From Octopus sinensis (Eukaryota), in assembly GCF_006345805.1 (NCBI RefSeq), contig NC_043026.1:10168001-10232000 (forward strand): a DNA stretch of 64,000 bases, written 5' to 3'. The notes below the pieces were generated by a model. It had not been told where the DNA came from. It did no database searches and saw only the letters and a program-made list of their open reading frames with translations. Below, one piece after another: positions 41,562 to 54,760 of the stretch (its first letter is position 1; the number at the start of each line of letters is the position of its first letter). A program made the position numbers and the translations under genes.

Positions 41562-42940
41562 CATCATCATCATCATCATTTAGCGTCCGCTTTCCATACT
41601 AGCATGGGTTGGACGGTTCAACTGGGGTCTGTGAAGCCAGAAGGCTGCATCAGGCCCAGTCTGATCTGGCAGTGTTTCTACGGCTGGATGCCCTTCCTAA
41701 TGCCAAACACTCCGTGAGTGTAGTGGGTGCTTTTTACGTGCCACCCGCACATGTGCCAGACGGAGCTGGCAACGGCCACGAACAGATGGTGCTTTTTACG
41801 TGCCACCAGCACGAGGCCGGTCGGGGCGGCGCTGGCAACGGCCACAAATGGATGGTGCTTTTTATGTGCCACCGGCACGAGGCCAGTCTGGGCAGCGCTG
41901 GCAATGGCCACAAATGGACGGTGCTTTTTATGTGCCACCGGCACGAGGCCAGTCGGCGCGCCGCTGGCAACGGCCACATTCAGATGGTTCTCTTACATGC
42001 CACCGGCACTGGTAACTCAGCTGCAATTTCCATTGATCGATTTCGATTCTGATTCTCACTTGCCTCAACAGGTCTTCACAAGTAGAGTTTTGTGTCCCAA
42101 GAAGGGAAGGTATGCATAAGTGGGCTGGCTACATCCCATGTAGAAGGCCACGGGTTATGGTCTCACTTGTCCTGCCGGGTCTTCTCGTGCACAGCATACT
42201 TCCAGAGGTCTCGGTCTCTAGTCATTTCCTCAGTGAGACCTAAAGTTCGAAGATCGTGCTTCACCACCTCGTCCCAAGTTTTCCTGGGTCTGCCTCTTCC
42301 ACAGGTTCCCTCAACCGCTAGGGTGTGGCACTTTTTCACACAACTATCTTCATCCATTCTCGCCACATGCCCATACCAGCGCAAACATTTCTCTTGCACA
42401 CTACATCTGATGCTTCTTAGGTCCAGCTTTTCTCTCAAGGTACTTACACTCTGTCGAGTATGAACACTGACATTACACATCCATCGGAGCATACCGGCTT
42501 CATTTCTTACGAGCTTACGCATATCCTCAGCAGTCACGGCCCATGTTTCACTGCCATGTAGCATGGCTGTTCGTACACACGCGTCATACAGTCTGCCTTT
42601 TGTCACCAGCAGAGGTAAGAGCTCTCTGAACTTTGTCCAAGCTATTCTTACTCTAGCAGTTACACTTTCAGCACACCCACCACCGCTACTGATTTGGTCA
42701 CCTAGGTAGCGGAAGCTATCAACTATTTCTAGTTTTTCTCCCTGGAAAGTGACAGAAGTTGGTCTCAGAGCATTTTCAGTGTTTATTGTCCCTGAGCATC
42801 TGCCACATACAAAAACCATCTTCCTAGTTAGCCTTCCCTTGACATTGCTGCACCTCTTATGTGTCCATAGCTTACACTTGGTGCATCTTATAGAGTTTCT
42901 ACCAACACCTTTTCTACAGATCGAGCAGAGCCATCTACCT
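41562..42940 (-). mobile_element. 5'-truncated RTE LINE (RT C-terminus, 3' UTR, (GAT)n tail)
   Basis: 218-aa ORF 42163-42819 (FRYLGD...LHGSETW...LRWYGHV...GRGRPRKTW); (CAT)n at 41562. Confidence 0.9.
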
Positions 42941-42974
42941 CATGCATTCCTTTAAAGTGCAGGGGCAGATTTAC

Positions 42975-43066
42975 CATAGAACTGGTTCGCCAGTCCTCAG
43001 TCAAATCGTCCAGCCCATGCTAGCATGGAAAGCAGATGTTAAATGATGATGATGATGATGATGATG
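42975..43066 (+). mobile_element. Short RTE 3' tail
   Basis: CCCATGCTAGCATGGAAAG...AAATGATGATGATG. Confidence 0.65.
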
Positions 43067-43153
43067 AGAGAAGGGAAGTTTATCATGAGAACTGCGAAAA
43101 TTGAAAGAGACAAATAGAGAGTTTTTTTCTGTTGTTACCACAGATTTCGAAAA

Positions 43154-43598
43154 CTAGCAGCATAGCCCGGCGTTGCCCGGGTATATAAGAGCCCCTAGTA
43201 GGCAACGACTAATCCCAATCTAGTCCTTTCCCTCTAGGGAACAAAGGCGCATGTATAGGTTGCAATGTCTTCTCTTCACTCGAATACTTCTGTGTATACG
43301 ATGTTCCTAGCTGTCCCTTTGGGCGATAAAATGGTTGAGTTGTGTCCCCTAGACAGAAAATGTGTTGCATATAAAAAGCTTAGATTCTCGAGCCAATGTC
43401 GAATTTATTGATTTTTTTCAGAACTGGGGGAACTTTTCAAAATTTTCGCTCCGTTAGTTTTGAATTATGACATTGGGCTATGTGTGTGTCAAGTTTCATC
43501 AGAATCGGTTGAAAGCCGTGGTCAGGGTGAGGGTACAACCTGACAGACACATAGACACACAGACAGACAAACTGCCGTTTATATATAGAGAGAAGAGA
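43154..43598 (-). mobile_element. Non-autonomous Helitron (family H2)
   Basis: TC...CCCGGGCAACGCCGGG hairpin...CTAG, inserted between A and T. Confidence 0.75.
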
Positions 43599-43853
43599 TT
43601 TTCAGACTTGGTATCCTGACTGATGTATGTTCTCACTGAATCCAAGGGAGGTGAAGAGTGCAGACAAAACAAAAGAAATCTAAAATTTTTTGAAATAATT
43701 TAATCTCAAGGCAATACTGACAAGGAATGATATGGTGTCTCTTCTGTATGAATACCTTTCTGTCTAGTCAAGGGACTACTTTCAGAGAATGACTTGATAT
43801 GGTTTCTACTTTGTAGGAGGTCAAGGTACTACAGACTGCAGTGAAGTGATTTA

Positions 43854-45119
43854 CTACACACTGAAATGATATGGTGCTTCCCCTGAATGAATACGTTTGT
43901 GTCTAGTTAACAAACCACTTACAGAGAACGATTTACCACAGAAATCACAATGATATGGCTTTTCACCTGTATGAATACGTTTGTGCGATGTCAAGGCACT
44001 ATTTTGAGAAAATGATTTACCACAGACATCACAGGGAAATGGCTTCTCACCTGTATGAATACGATAGTGTCTTGTTAAGGTAGCATTTTCAGGGAATGAT
44101 TTACCACAGAAATCACAATGATATAGATTTTCTCCTGTATGAATACGTTTGTGCGAAATCAAGGTACTATTTTCAGAGAATGATTTACCACAGACATCAC
44201 AGTGATATGGTTTCTCTCCTGTGTGAATACGATAATGTCTCGTTAAGGTAGCATTTTCAGGGAATGATTTACCACACACATCACATGAATACAGTTTCTC
44301 TCCTGTATGAATACGTTCGTGTCGAGTTAAGTGACTATTTCGAGAGAACGATTTACCACAGATATCACAATGGTATGGCTTCTCTCCTGTATGAATACGT
44401 ATGTGCGTCGTTAAGTCACTATCTTCAGAGAATGATTTACCACAGACCTCACAAGGATATGGTTTTTCTCCTGTATGAATGCGACAGTGTTTTATCAATG
44501 TAGAATTTTCAGGGAATGATTTACCACACACCTCACACAGATAAAGTTTCTCTCCTGTATGAACATGTTTGTGCCTAGTTAAGTGAGTATTTCGAGAGAA
44601 AGATTTACCACAGACCTCACAGTGATATGGCTTCTCTCCTGTATGAATACGTTTGTGTTTTGTGAAGTTACTATTTTCAGTGAATGATTTACCACAAACC
44701 TCACACGAATACATTTTTTCTCCTGTATGAATACGTTTATGTCTAGTTAATGAAACGCTCCGAAAGAATGATTTATCACAAATATCACAATGATATGATT
44801 CCTCTCCTGCATGAATATGTTTATGTGTAGTTAAGCTACTACTTTGAGAGAAAGATTCACTGCATATATCACAATGATACAGTTTCTTTCCTGCGTGAGT
44901 AAACCTATGGGCAGTTAAGTGACTACTTTGAGAGAAAGATTTACCACAGACCTCACAATGAAACGGTTTCTCTCCTGTATGAATGCGTTTGTGAGAAATT
45001 AGCTTACATTTTAGGGAGAAGACCTTTTTACAGACATCACACTCATATGACAATTTCCTTTTCTCTTTCGTCATGGGTTCAGAGGAAATCAGTTCTATAC
45101 TTTTCTCACTCTTTTCCAT
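43854..45119 (-). CDS. C2H2 zinc-finger protein, 14 fingers (gene C)
   Basis: ORF 43854-45134; the ATG homologous to gene B ([10 protein letters not shown]...) is at 45119. 14 canonical fingers. Confidence 0.92.
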   Translation of the reverse strand: MEKSEKSIELISSEPMTKEKRKLSYECDVCKKVFSLKCKLISHKRIHTGEKPFHCEVCGKSFSQSSHLTAHRFTHAGKKLYHCDICSESFSQSSSLTTHKHIHAGEESYHCDICDKSFFRSVSLTRHKRIHTGEKMYSCEVCGKSFTENSNFTKHKRIHTGEKPYHCEVCGKSFSRNTHLTRHKHVHTGEKLYLCEVCGKSFPENSTLIKHCRIHTGEKPYPCEVCGKSFSEDSDLTTHIRIHTGEKPYHCDICGKSFSRNSHLTRHERIHTGEKLYSCDVCGKSFPENATLTRHYRIHTGEKPYHCDVCGKSFSENSTLISHKRIHTGENLYHCDFCGKSFPENATLTRHYRIHTGEKPFPCDVCGKSFSQNSALTSHKRIHTGEKPYHCDFCGKSFSVSGLLTRHKRIHSGEAPYHFSV

Positions 45120-45856
45120 TCTTTTTCCTCTCAAATCCCAGTTTAAATATTTTTCCTGCTTTCTTCTTACACTTTATTCCTTGCTAATGCTCCTACTACA
45201 GCTGTATTTCTGTCCAGGGTTACCTTTCCCTAGCAGCAATTACATAAATTTATCCAAGTTTCATCAGCTCAGGAGCCACTCTTCTTCATGCTTCAGTCAG
45301 TGATGTTCAGAAATGTTTCACAGGAATTCTTCCACAGATTTCTAGAAACAATGCTATACATCTGTCTTGTATAATGATTTCCTTTATTCCTTAAAACATG
45401 GTAGATATAGTTTTTTTCTGTTATGTCAATGTCATCTGATGTCCTGAAATCAGATAGAAACAACAGTGTAAGATGTAGAGGCTACTCAAAAAAATACAGA
45501 TTCAATTCTATTGAGATAAACTGTAGAAATAAACATTTCCCTTAACAACAGAATATTTGGATTTATTAAAATTAACATCACATCATTTTGATAATGACCA
45601 GGTTAAACGCTGTAGTTTAACCAAACTATCCCTAACCCCCATTCAATTGTATTTTTCGTGTCCCACAAATCCCTTATCTGCATCATCTGAAATGTCCTTT
45701 CAGAAATTTCTATTTAATATTATCCATTTTGTAGAAAGTTATGAAAAAAGAAATTGCTAGATGAGTGGGAACGCATCATTAGTTATACAAAGAAACAAGC
45801 ATTCCATAAATTAACTAACGTGTCAACGATGAAGCATGGAGTGTTTAGAAGGTGCC

Positions 45857-47640
45857 TTCCATAGCTAGAAATAACAGCTAAATCACACACAGATCATAGA
45901 ATCTCTCTTCCATAGCTAGAAATAACAGCTAAATCACACACAGATCATAGAATCTCTCTTCCATAGCTAGAAATAGCAGCTAAATCACACACAGATCATG
46001 GAATCTCTCTTCCATAGCTAGAAATAGCAGCCAAATCACGCACAGATCATAGAATCTCTCTTCCATAGCTAGAAATAGCAGCCAAATTACGCACAGATCA
46101 TAGAATCTCTCTTCCATAGCTAGAAATAGCAGCCAAATCACACACAAATCATAGAATCTCTCTTCCATAGCTAGAAATAGCAGCCAAATCACACACAGAT
46201 CATAGAATCTCTCTTCCATAGCTAGAAATAGCAGCCAAATCACACACAGATCATAGAATCTCTCTTCCATAGCTAGAAATAGCAGCCAAATCACACACAG
46301 ATCATAGAATCTCTCTTCCATAGCTAGAAATAGCAGCCAAATCACACACAGATCATGGAATCTCTCTTCCATAGCTAGAAATAGCAGCCATGTCACACAC
46401 AAATCATAGAATCTCTCTTCCATAGCTAGAAATAGCAGCCAAATCACACACAGATCATAGAATCTCTCTTCCATAGCTAGAAATAGCAGCCAAAATACGC
46501 ACAAATCATAGAATCTCTCTTCCATAGCTAGAAATAGCAGCCAAATCACACACAGATCATGGAATCTCTCTTCCATAGCTAGAAATAGCAGCCAAATCAC
46601 ACACAGATCAGGGAATCTCTCTTCCATAGCTAGAAATAGCAGCCAAATCACACACAGATCAGGGAATCTCTCTTCCATAGCTAGAAATAGCAGCCAAATC
46701 ACACACAGATCATAGAATCTCTCTTCCATAGCTAGAAATAGCAGCCAAATCACACACAGATCATGGAATCTCTCTTCCATAGCTAGAAATAGCAGCCAAA
46801 TCACACACAGATCATGGAATCTCTCTTCCATAGCTAGAAATAGCAGCCAAATCACACACAGATCAGGGAATCTCTCTTCCATAGCTAGAAATAGCAGCCA
46901 AATCACACACAGATCATAGAATCTCTCTTCCATAGCTAGAAATAGCAGCCAAATCACACACAGATCATGGAATCTCTCTTCCATAGATAGAAATAGCAGC
47001 CAAATCACACACAGATCAGGGAATCTCTCTTCCATAGCTAGAAATAGCAGCCAAATCACACACAGATCATAGAATCTCTCTTCCATAGCTAGAAATAGCA
47101 GCCAAATCACACACAGATCATGGAATCTCTCTTCCATAGATAGAAATAGCAGCCAAATCACACACAGATCAGGGAATCTCTCTTCCATAGCTAGAAATAG
47201 CAGCCAAATCACACACAGATCAGGGAATCTCTCTTCCATAGCTAGAAATAGCAGCCAAATCACACACAGATCATAGAATCTCTCTTCCATAGCTAGAAAT
47301 AGCAGCCAAATCACACACAGATCATGGAATCTCTCTTCCATAGATAGAAATAGCAGCCAAATCACACACAGATCAGGGAATCTCTCTTCCATAGCTAGAA
47401 ATAGCAGCCAAATCACACACAGATCATGGAATCTCTCTTCCATAGATAGAAATAGCAGCCAAATCACACACAGATCAGGGAATCTCTCTTCCATAGCTAG
47501 AAATAGCAGCCAAATCACACACAGATCATAGAATCTCTCTTCCATAGCTAGAAATAGCAGCCAAATCACACACAGATCATGGAATCTCTCTTCCATAGCT
47601 AGAAATAGCAGCCAAATCACGCACAAATCAGTGACATCTC
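45857..47640 (-). repeat. 51-bp minisatellite, ~35 copies, in the putative intron of gene C
   Basis: Unit CATAGCTAGAAATAGCAGCCAAATCACACACAGATCAT(A/G)GAATCTCTCTTC. Translates on the minus strand as (MEERF[Y/H/P]DLCVIWLLFLA)n, 17 aa = 51 nt. Confidence 0.95.
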
Positions 47641-47742
47641 TCGTTCATAAAAAACATAGAAGAGAAACAAAGAATCGACGCACCAAATACCGAACGTCTA
47701 CAGAATTAAACACATCGAATATTTTCATTGCTTAATACTTAC

Positions 47743-48268
47743 GGAAATGTTTCATAAAGGATTGTATTGTTATATATATGTGTATATCTGGTAGGTGAGA
47801 AATAAATTATTAGTATTACACATGAATTAATCAGCTGATTAAGAGAAATTCACGCACCTGGACAATTAACCAGAAATCAGAATGGATTGGGAAGTGTTTT
47901 CAATGCGCATGCGTTTCTCCTCTGTTACTATTTAAGGCAGCCAAAAGTCTAATTCTTTCGCCTTTTGTATACTCTACTGTATTCGGCCTTTTAGGCTGCC
48001 GGGTCTCGATCTTTTAAACTTTTATTCGTTTTCCTTCTTTGTTGTATTTTTATTAATTAAGCTTATGTGGTAAATATTTCAAGAAAAGAGATACGCATGC
48101 GCATTGAAAATCCTTCTTTCTTTGTGTTGATATCCGGTTAAATGTCCTGTGCGTGTGTCTCTCTTAATTAGTTGGTAAATCCAATTATATGTACTGATAA
48201 CGCATATTTCGACTACCAAATACTCACACATATAACAGCATTATCGTTTATGAAAAATTTCCGTAAGT
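47743..48268. promoter_or_regulatory. Bidirectional promoter between genes C (-) and D (+): two inverted homologous promoter/exon-1 modules
   Basis: TGCGCATGCGT at 47904-47914 and ACGCATGCGCA at 48093-48103. Flanks are reverse-complement homologues. Donors at 47742 (-) and 48263 (+). Confidence 0.65.
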
Positions 48269-48299
48269 ATTCAGCAATGAAATTATTCTATTTGGTTTG

Positions 48300-49350
48300 C
48301 AAGATTCTTTACAGCTATGGTACGACCACACTTGGAATTCGCATCATCAGTTCGGAACCCCTATCTTGCTCAGAACATTGGGCAATCTTTCGTCTCTAGT
48401 AGACCTTTCCGTCGATTTCCGTAAAAAAATTTTTTTTTTTACATATGGGCTTGCGGGAACTTTTGAAGTAATGAGAGCGAAAGAGACTAAGAGAAAGCGA
48501 TTGTATGACGAGGGAAGTTCTTTTGAAGTTACCGTGCATGGGAAGCATTGATGGACATGTGTGTGTGTGTGTGTTTGATGGGGTGTGGGAGACAGACAGT
48601 ATGTTGTGTAAGTGAAGTGCTTCTGTTAGTATGTGTGAAGAGACAGAGTAATGTGTGAAAGAAAGAGATAACTGAAATTTTTTACTCGGTGTATGTGTAT
48701 ATGTATGTATATTACTTCAAAAGTTCCCGCAAGCCCATATGTAAAAAAAAAAATTTTTTACGGAAATCGACGGAAAGGTCTACTAGAGACGAAAGATCGC
48801 CGAACATTGACCTCCTGGAATCTGTTCAGAGACGTGCAACCAAACGCATACCCTCCATCAGACACCTACCATACTCTGAGCGCCTTGTTTCCCTGGGCAT
48901 GGATTCACTGAAGCTCCGGCGTCTGGCGATGGACTTGGTAAACACCCACAAAGTTATCAACCACCTCACCAACAACAACACTGAACACCTTTTTGTTCTC
49001 CATGTGTCCAACACACGTGGACATGCCTACAAAGTCAGAAAGCAGCACAGCTCCCATGACTTTCGGAAACATTTTTTCACGCTCAGAGTTGCTGAAGCAT
49101 GGAACAAACTGCCTGCATCAGTTGACTGCCATGACACTGCATCATTTAAGGCCCTCATGCTTTCCGAAATCCGCCGAAACTACACCTGATTGCCCCCCTT
49201 CCATACTCATACACATATGTGTATGTCATGACTCATGCACTGTTCTTTTCCTGACGCTTGTACATTACCCTATGTACTATACATACACTTTAGATGAGTT
49301 ATAGTGCACCTGAGCACTGTACACAATGTTCTTCTTATTATTATTATTTA
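48300..49350 (+). mobile_element. CR1-like LINE 3' fragment interrupted by a MITE
   Basis: TAMVRPHLEFASSV.NPYLAQNI (48320-48380) continues as DLLESVQRRATK...LRRL..DL after 48802; (TTA)n tail at ~49335-49350. Confidence 0.8.
48381..48801. mobile_element. MITE with ~90-bp TIRs and 8-bp TSD GAACATTG
   Basis: TIRs GGCAATCTTTCGTCTCTAGTAGACC... / ...GGTCTACTAGAGACGAAAGATCGCC; TSD at 48373-48380 and 48802-48809. Confidence 0.9.
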
Positions 49351-49377
49351 TATGAGTTCGTGTGTTGAAGCATATTA

Positions 49378-49640
49378 AAATGATAATAATGAAATTATTG
49401 CATACAGTGCTCAGATGCACCACAACTTGTCAGAAAGTGCGTATAAAGCATATGCAGTAAAGTACGAATGTCTGGGAAGTGAACAGTGTATGAGTCAGAT
49501 ACATGCTTGCGTGTGTATGGAGGGGAGAAGATCAGGTGTAGTGTTGGCGAATCCCAGGAAGCATGGAAGTTTTGAACGATGCAGTGATCCGACAACTAAC
49601 AACTGATGCCGGCAGTTTGTTCCATGCTTCAACAATATTC
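49378..49640 (-). mobile_element. CR1-like LINE 3' end
   Basis: Reverse-complement homologue of 49080-49345 and of 58690-58960. Confidence 0.75.
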
Positions 49641-49671
49641 TGTTGTGTCTGGGGAGAGTCATTTTCTTTTT

Positions 49672-49877
49672 GTGCCTTATTATTTAACACACTCACCGGT
49701 AAAATTTCCACTTATTTCTTATTTTTATTGTCCTAAAATTTTCGTTGCGTCTTGCAACCTTTTCAATAGTCTTAAAACTAGTGAAAAGGTTGCAAGACGC
49801 AACGAAACTTTTAGAATAATAAAAAAGAAATAAGTGGAAATTTTACCGGTGAGGGTATTAAATTAATTATAAGGCAC
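49672..49877. mobile_element. Palindromic (fold-back) MITE-like element
   Basis: CTCACCGGTAAAATTTCCACTTATTTC...TTGCAACCTTTTCA, then a 16-nt loop, then the reverse complement. Confidence 0.7.
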
Positions 49878-50359
49878 TCTCCTCATACACAACAAAATTA
49901 TTTAATGTTTTTAACTCTGTAGACGTTCGGTTTTTGACGCGTTGATTCTTTGTGTTTCTTTTATTTTGTGTGTGAGAGATGTCCTTGATTTGGCAACGTT
50001 TGGCTGCTATTTCTAGCTCTGGATGAGAGATGTTCATGATTTGCTCAGGACTTGGTCGCTATATCTAACGATGGAAGAAAGATTCTATAAGTTGTGGGAG
50101 ATTTCGCTGCTGTTTCTAGCTATGGAAGATACCTTGCCAGGTTATTTCGGGGGTTAATGCAGAATCGCACCTCTCTTTGAATCTCAATTTATGTGGAACC
50201 CAAATATCGAACTTCTTAACGAGACCGAAGCATTTTAAGTGACTTTCAATTGTGTGTGATACATCTGACCTCACTGCAATCTCTCACACTGTTATATAAG
50301 TCAGATTCAATTATAGCTATGATTCGGTCATCATCAACTTCAGTAGGTTGACCAGTTCT

Positions 50360-50746
50360 CTCTCTTTACTCTTTTACTTGTTTCAGTCATTTGACTGCGG
50401 CCATGCTGGAGCACCACCTTTAATCGAGCAACTCGACCCCGGGACTTATTCTTTGTAAGCCCAGTACTTATTCTATCGGTCTCTTTTTGCCGAACCACTA
50501 AGTGACGGGGACATAAACACACCAGCATCGGTTGTCAAGCAATGCTAGGGGGACAAACACACACACATACATATATATATATACATATATACGACAGGCT
50601 TCTTTCAGTTTCCGTCTACCAAATCCACTCAGAAGGCTTTGGTCGGCCCGAGGCTATAGTAGAAGACACTTGCCCAAGGTGCCACGCAGTGGGACTGAAT
50701 CCGGAACCATGTGGTTGGTAAACAAGCTACTTACCACACAGCCACT
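50360..50746 (-). mobile_element. SINE family B
   Basis: Full-length match to 39837-40240 in reverse orientation. Confidence 0.8.
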
Positions 50747-50924
50747 GTTGATTATCTTTGAGCGAAAACTCTCCAGAACGGAATTTCTTAAGCCATTTCT
50801 GACATGTGCGTTCTGTTAAATAATCGGTCAAACTAAAGCGTTTGACCCGGTAATAAAAACAAAAAAGAAAATACTGTAATAGGTGTAAAACAACTTCGTC
50901 TAAACGAATATGACAAAATGAAAA

Positions 50925-51145
50925 CGTGGCCGATGCCAGACCCCTCTGGCACCTGTGCAGGTGGCACATAAAAAGCACCCACTACACTCGCGGAGTGGTT
51001 GGCGTTAGGAAGGGCATCCGGCTGTAGAAACACTGCCAGATCAGACTGGAGCCTGGAGCAGCCCCTGGCTCCCCAGACCCCGGTCGAACCGTCCAACCCA
51101 TGCCAGCATGGAAAACGGATGTTAAACGATGATGATGATGATGAC
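50925..51145 (+). mobile_element. RTE 3' tail fragment
   Basis: AAAAAGCACCCACTACACTC...AAACGATGATGATG. Confidence 0.75.
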
Positions 51146-51639
51146 TTCTTTATGGAGCTATTGCAATCCAGCTCAGTTGTTAAAGTAAATGTTTATTTCT
51201 ACAGTTTATCTCAACAGAAATGAATCTGTATATGTTAAGTAGCTTCTACATCTTACACTGTTGTTTCTTTATAATTTCAGAACATCAAATGACATTGACA
51301 TAACAGAAGAAACATCCTTAATCTCTACCGTGTTTTAAAGACTAAAAGAAAATATTATACAAAACAGATGTATGAGATTGTTTCTACAAATCTGTGGAAG
51401 AATTCCCATGAAATGTTTGCTCTGAAATAATATCATTAGCCAAATTTATGAACATCTCTGACTGGAGTGTGAAGAAGAGGAGCCAATGTGCTGATTAACA
51501 TTGGATAGATTTATGGAAGTGTTGCTATGCAAAGGTAACACTGGACATGTTTGTAAGGAATAAAGTATAAAAACAAAAGCAAGAAAAATATATAAATAGG
51601 AATTTGAGATAAAAAAAAGCAACGGAAAACACATGGTAA

Positions 51640-52917
<1,278 letters not shown>

Positions 52918-53138
52918 TTTGTTGTTTGTTATATATTTTTTATGCAATGGAAGTTCTAACTAAAATTTTCCCAAAATTTAAAATCTTTTTGTTTTCTTTT
53001 ATGCATTTCTCTCCTATCCATGCTGTAAGGACATACCAAAACTCCTCCTGACATCCCTGTGCATTATTCCTTATTGAATATCACATCCTTATAATTTCTG
53101 TATATTGTTTATTATCTTTTAAATGGTTCACTCATTAA

Positions 53139-53566
53139 CCCTTTAGTATTTAAACCGGCCATATCCGGCCAAAATATTTAATCTGTTTTATGTTCAAACT
53201 GACCAGATCCAGGCTCTCACACCTACCCTACAATGTTATTCTACATTAAGTAATTACACCATCAAGATCTTGAAGATATGAGATAATGCATGATCGATTC
53301 AAATCAATGGGAATCAATAGGTATTATGTTTGATAGAATAATCTGAACACTAAAGGGTTAAACTGGCCATATCCGGCCAAAGTTTTCTCCCTATTTTATG
53401 TTTAAACTGACCAGATCAGGGCTCTCACACCTAACCTACATTGACATTCTAAAAATGAACAATCACGTCATTGAAACCCCAAAGTTGTAAGATAATGAAT
53501 GATTAATTAAAAACAATTTGAGTAAAAAAATATTACATTTAACAGAGTAATCTGAACACTAAAGGG
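53139..53566. mobile_element. piggyBac-type MITE plus tandem, 5'-clipped second copy
   Basis: TTAA|CCCTTTAG...CTAAAGGG|TTAA (53139-53357); a second ~210-bp copy ends CTAAAGGG|TTAA at 53566. Confidence 0.7.
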
Positions 53567-54034
53567 TTAAATATGTTATACAATAACATAAGTTACTTGT
53601 GTATATATAAAAGTTTCTATAGTGTATTGTGGCAAGCTTTTGGATTGCAATCTTCATCATCATATGTTCCCTTCAAAAGCTGGAAATGAGGTTATTAAAG
53701 ATCCTCCTGGAATAATAAATAGATAGAACACTTTGCAGATCATTAAGGAGTTACTGGTGAATGACATCAAGAACCAGTATAATTTATTTCTTTTTCTTCA
53801 AAAGTCCTCTTTTCACCCCCTTGGAAAAAAATTTCCCCCCAAAATTTCTTTATGATTAATTTGTTGGTGCAAATTTTTGTTCTTATATTCATTTAATAAA
53901 CATTTTTTTTTACACCTATTACACTTTTTTGTTTTGATTTGGTAGCCGGGTGTTATAGTAAACATTAAGCTTTTGGTATGTATTTGAGTATGAGTGAGCA
54001 CCACTTAGACACATGCAAAAAAAATAAATTACAT

Positions 54035-54337
54035 GATACCAGTGCAGGTGGCACTTAAGAGAACTATCCAAACGTGGCCGTAGCCAGCGCTGCCCTGATT
54101 GGCCTCCGTGCTGGTGGCACGTAAAAAGCACCATCCGATTGTGGCCGTTTGCCAGACTCGTCTGGCACGTAAAAAGCACCCACTACACTCACGGAGTGGT
54201 TGGCGTTAGGAAGGGCATCCAGCTGTAGAAACACTGCCAGATCAGACTGGTGCAGCCTCCTGGTTTCCCAGATCCCAGTTGAACCGTCCAACCCATGCTA
54301 GCACGGAAAACGGATGTTAAACGATGATGATGATGAG
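54035..54337 (+). mobile_element. RTE 3' UTR/tail fragment
   Basis: Family subrepeats and (GAT)n tail. Confidence 0.75.
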
Positions 54338-54376
54338 AACACACCTTCACTCACTCACTCACTATCTTTCTCACAC

Positions 54377-54760
54377 ACATCATCATCATCATCATCATCG
54401 TTTAACGTCTGTTCTCCATGCTAGCATGGGTTGGACGGTTCGACCGGGGATCTGGGAAGCCAGAAGGCTGCACCAGGCTCCAGTCTTATCTGGCAATGTT
54501 TCTACAGCTGGATGCTCTTCCTAACGCCAACCACTCCGTGAGTGTAGTGGGTGCTTTTTACGTGCCACCTGCACAGGTGCCAGGCGAGCCTGGCAACGGC
54601 CACGGTCGGATTGGTGTATTTTACGTGACATCGGCATGGAGGCCAGTCGAGGCAGCGCTGGCATCTGCCACGAGTCGGATAGTGCTTTTTACGTACCACC
54701 AGACCAGGGATCCTGGCTGGTTCAATTCGATTTCGATTTCGCTTGCCCCAACATGTCTTC
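54377..54760 (-). mobile_element. RTE 3' UTR/tail fragment
   Basis: (CAT)n followed by the reverse-complement family sequence. Confidence 0.75.

Noticed and set aside
45857-47640. CRISPR-like array
   Set aside because: Contiguous 51-bp units with no unique spacers, a eukaryotic context and no cas genes.
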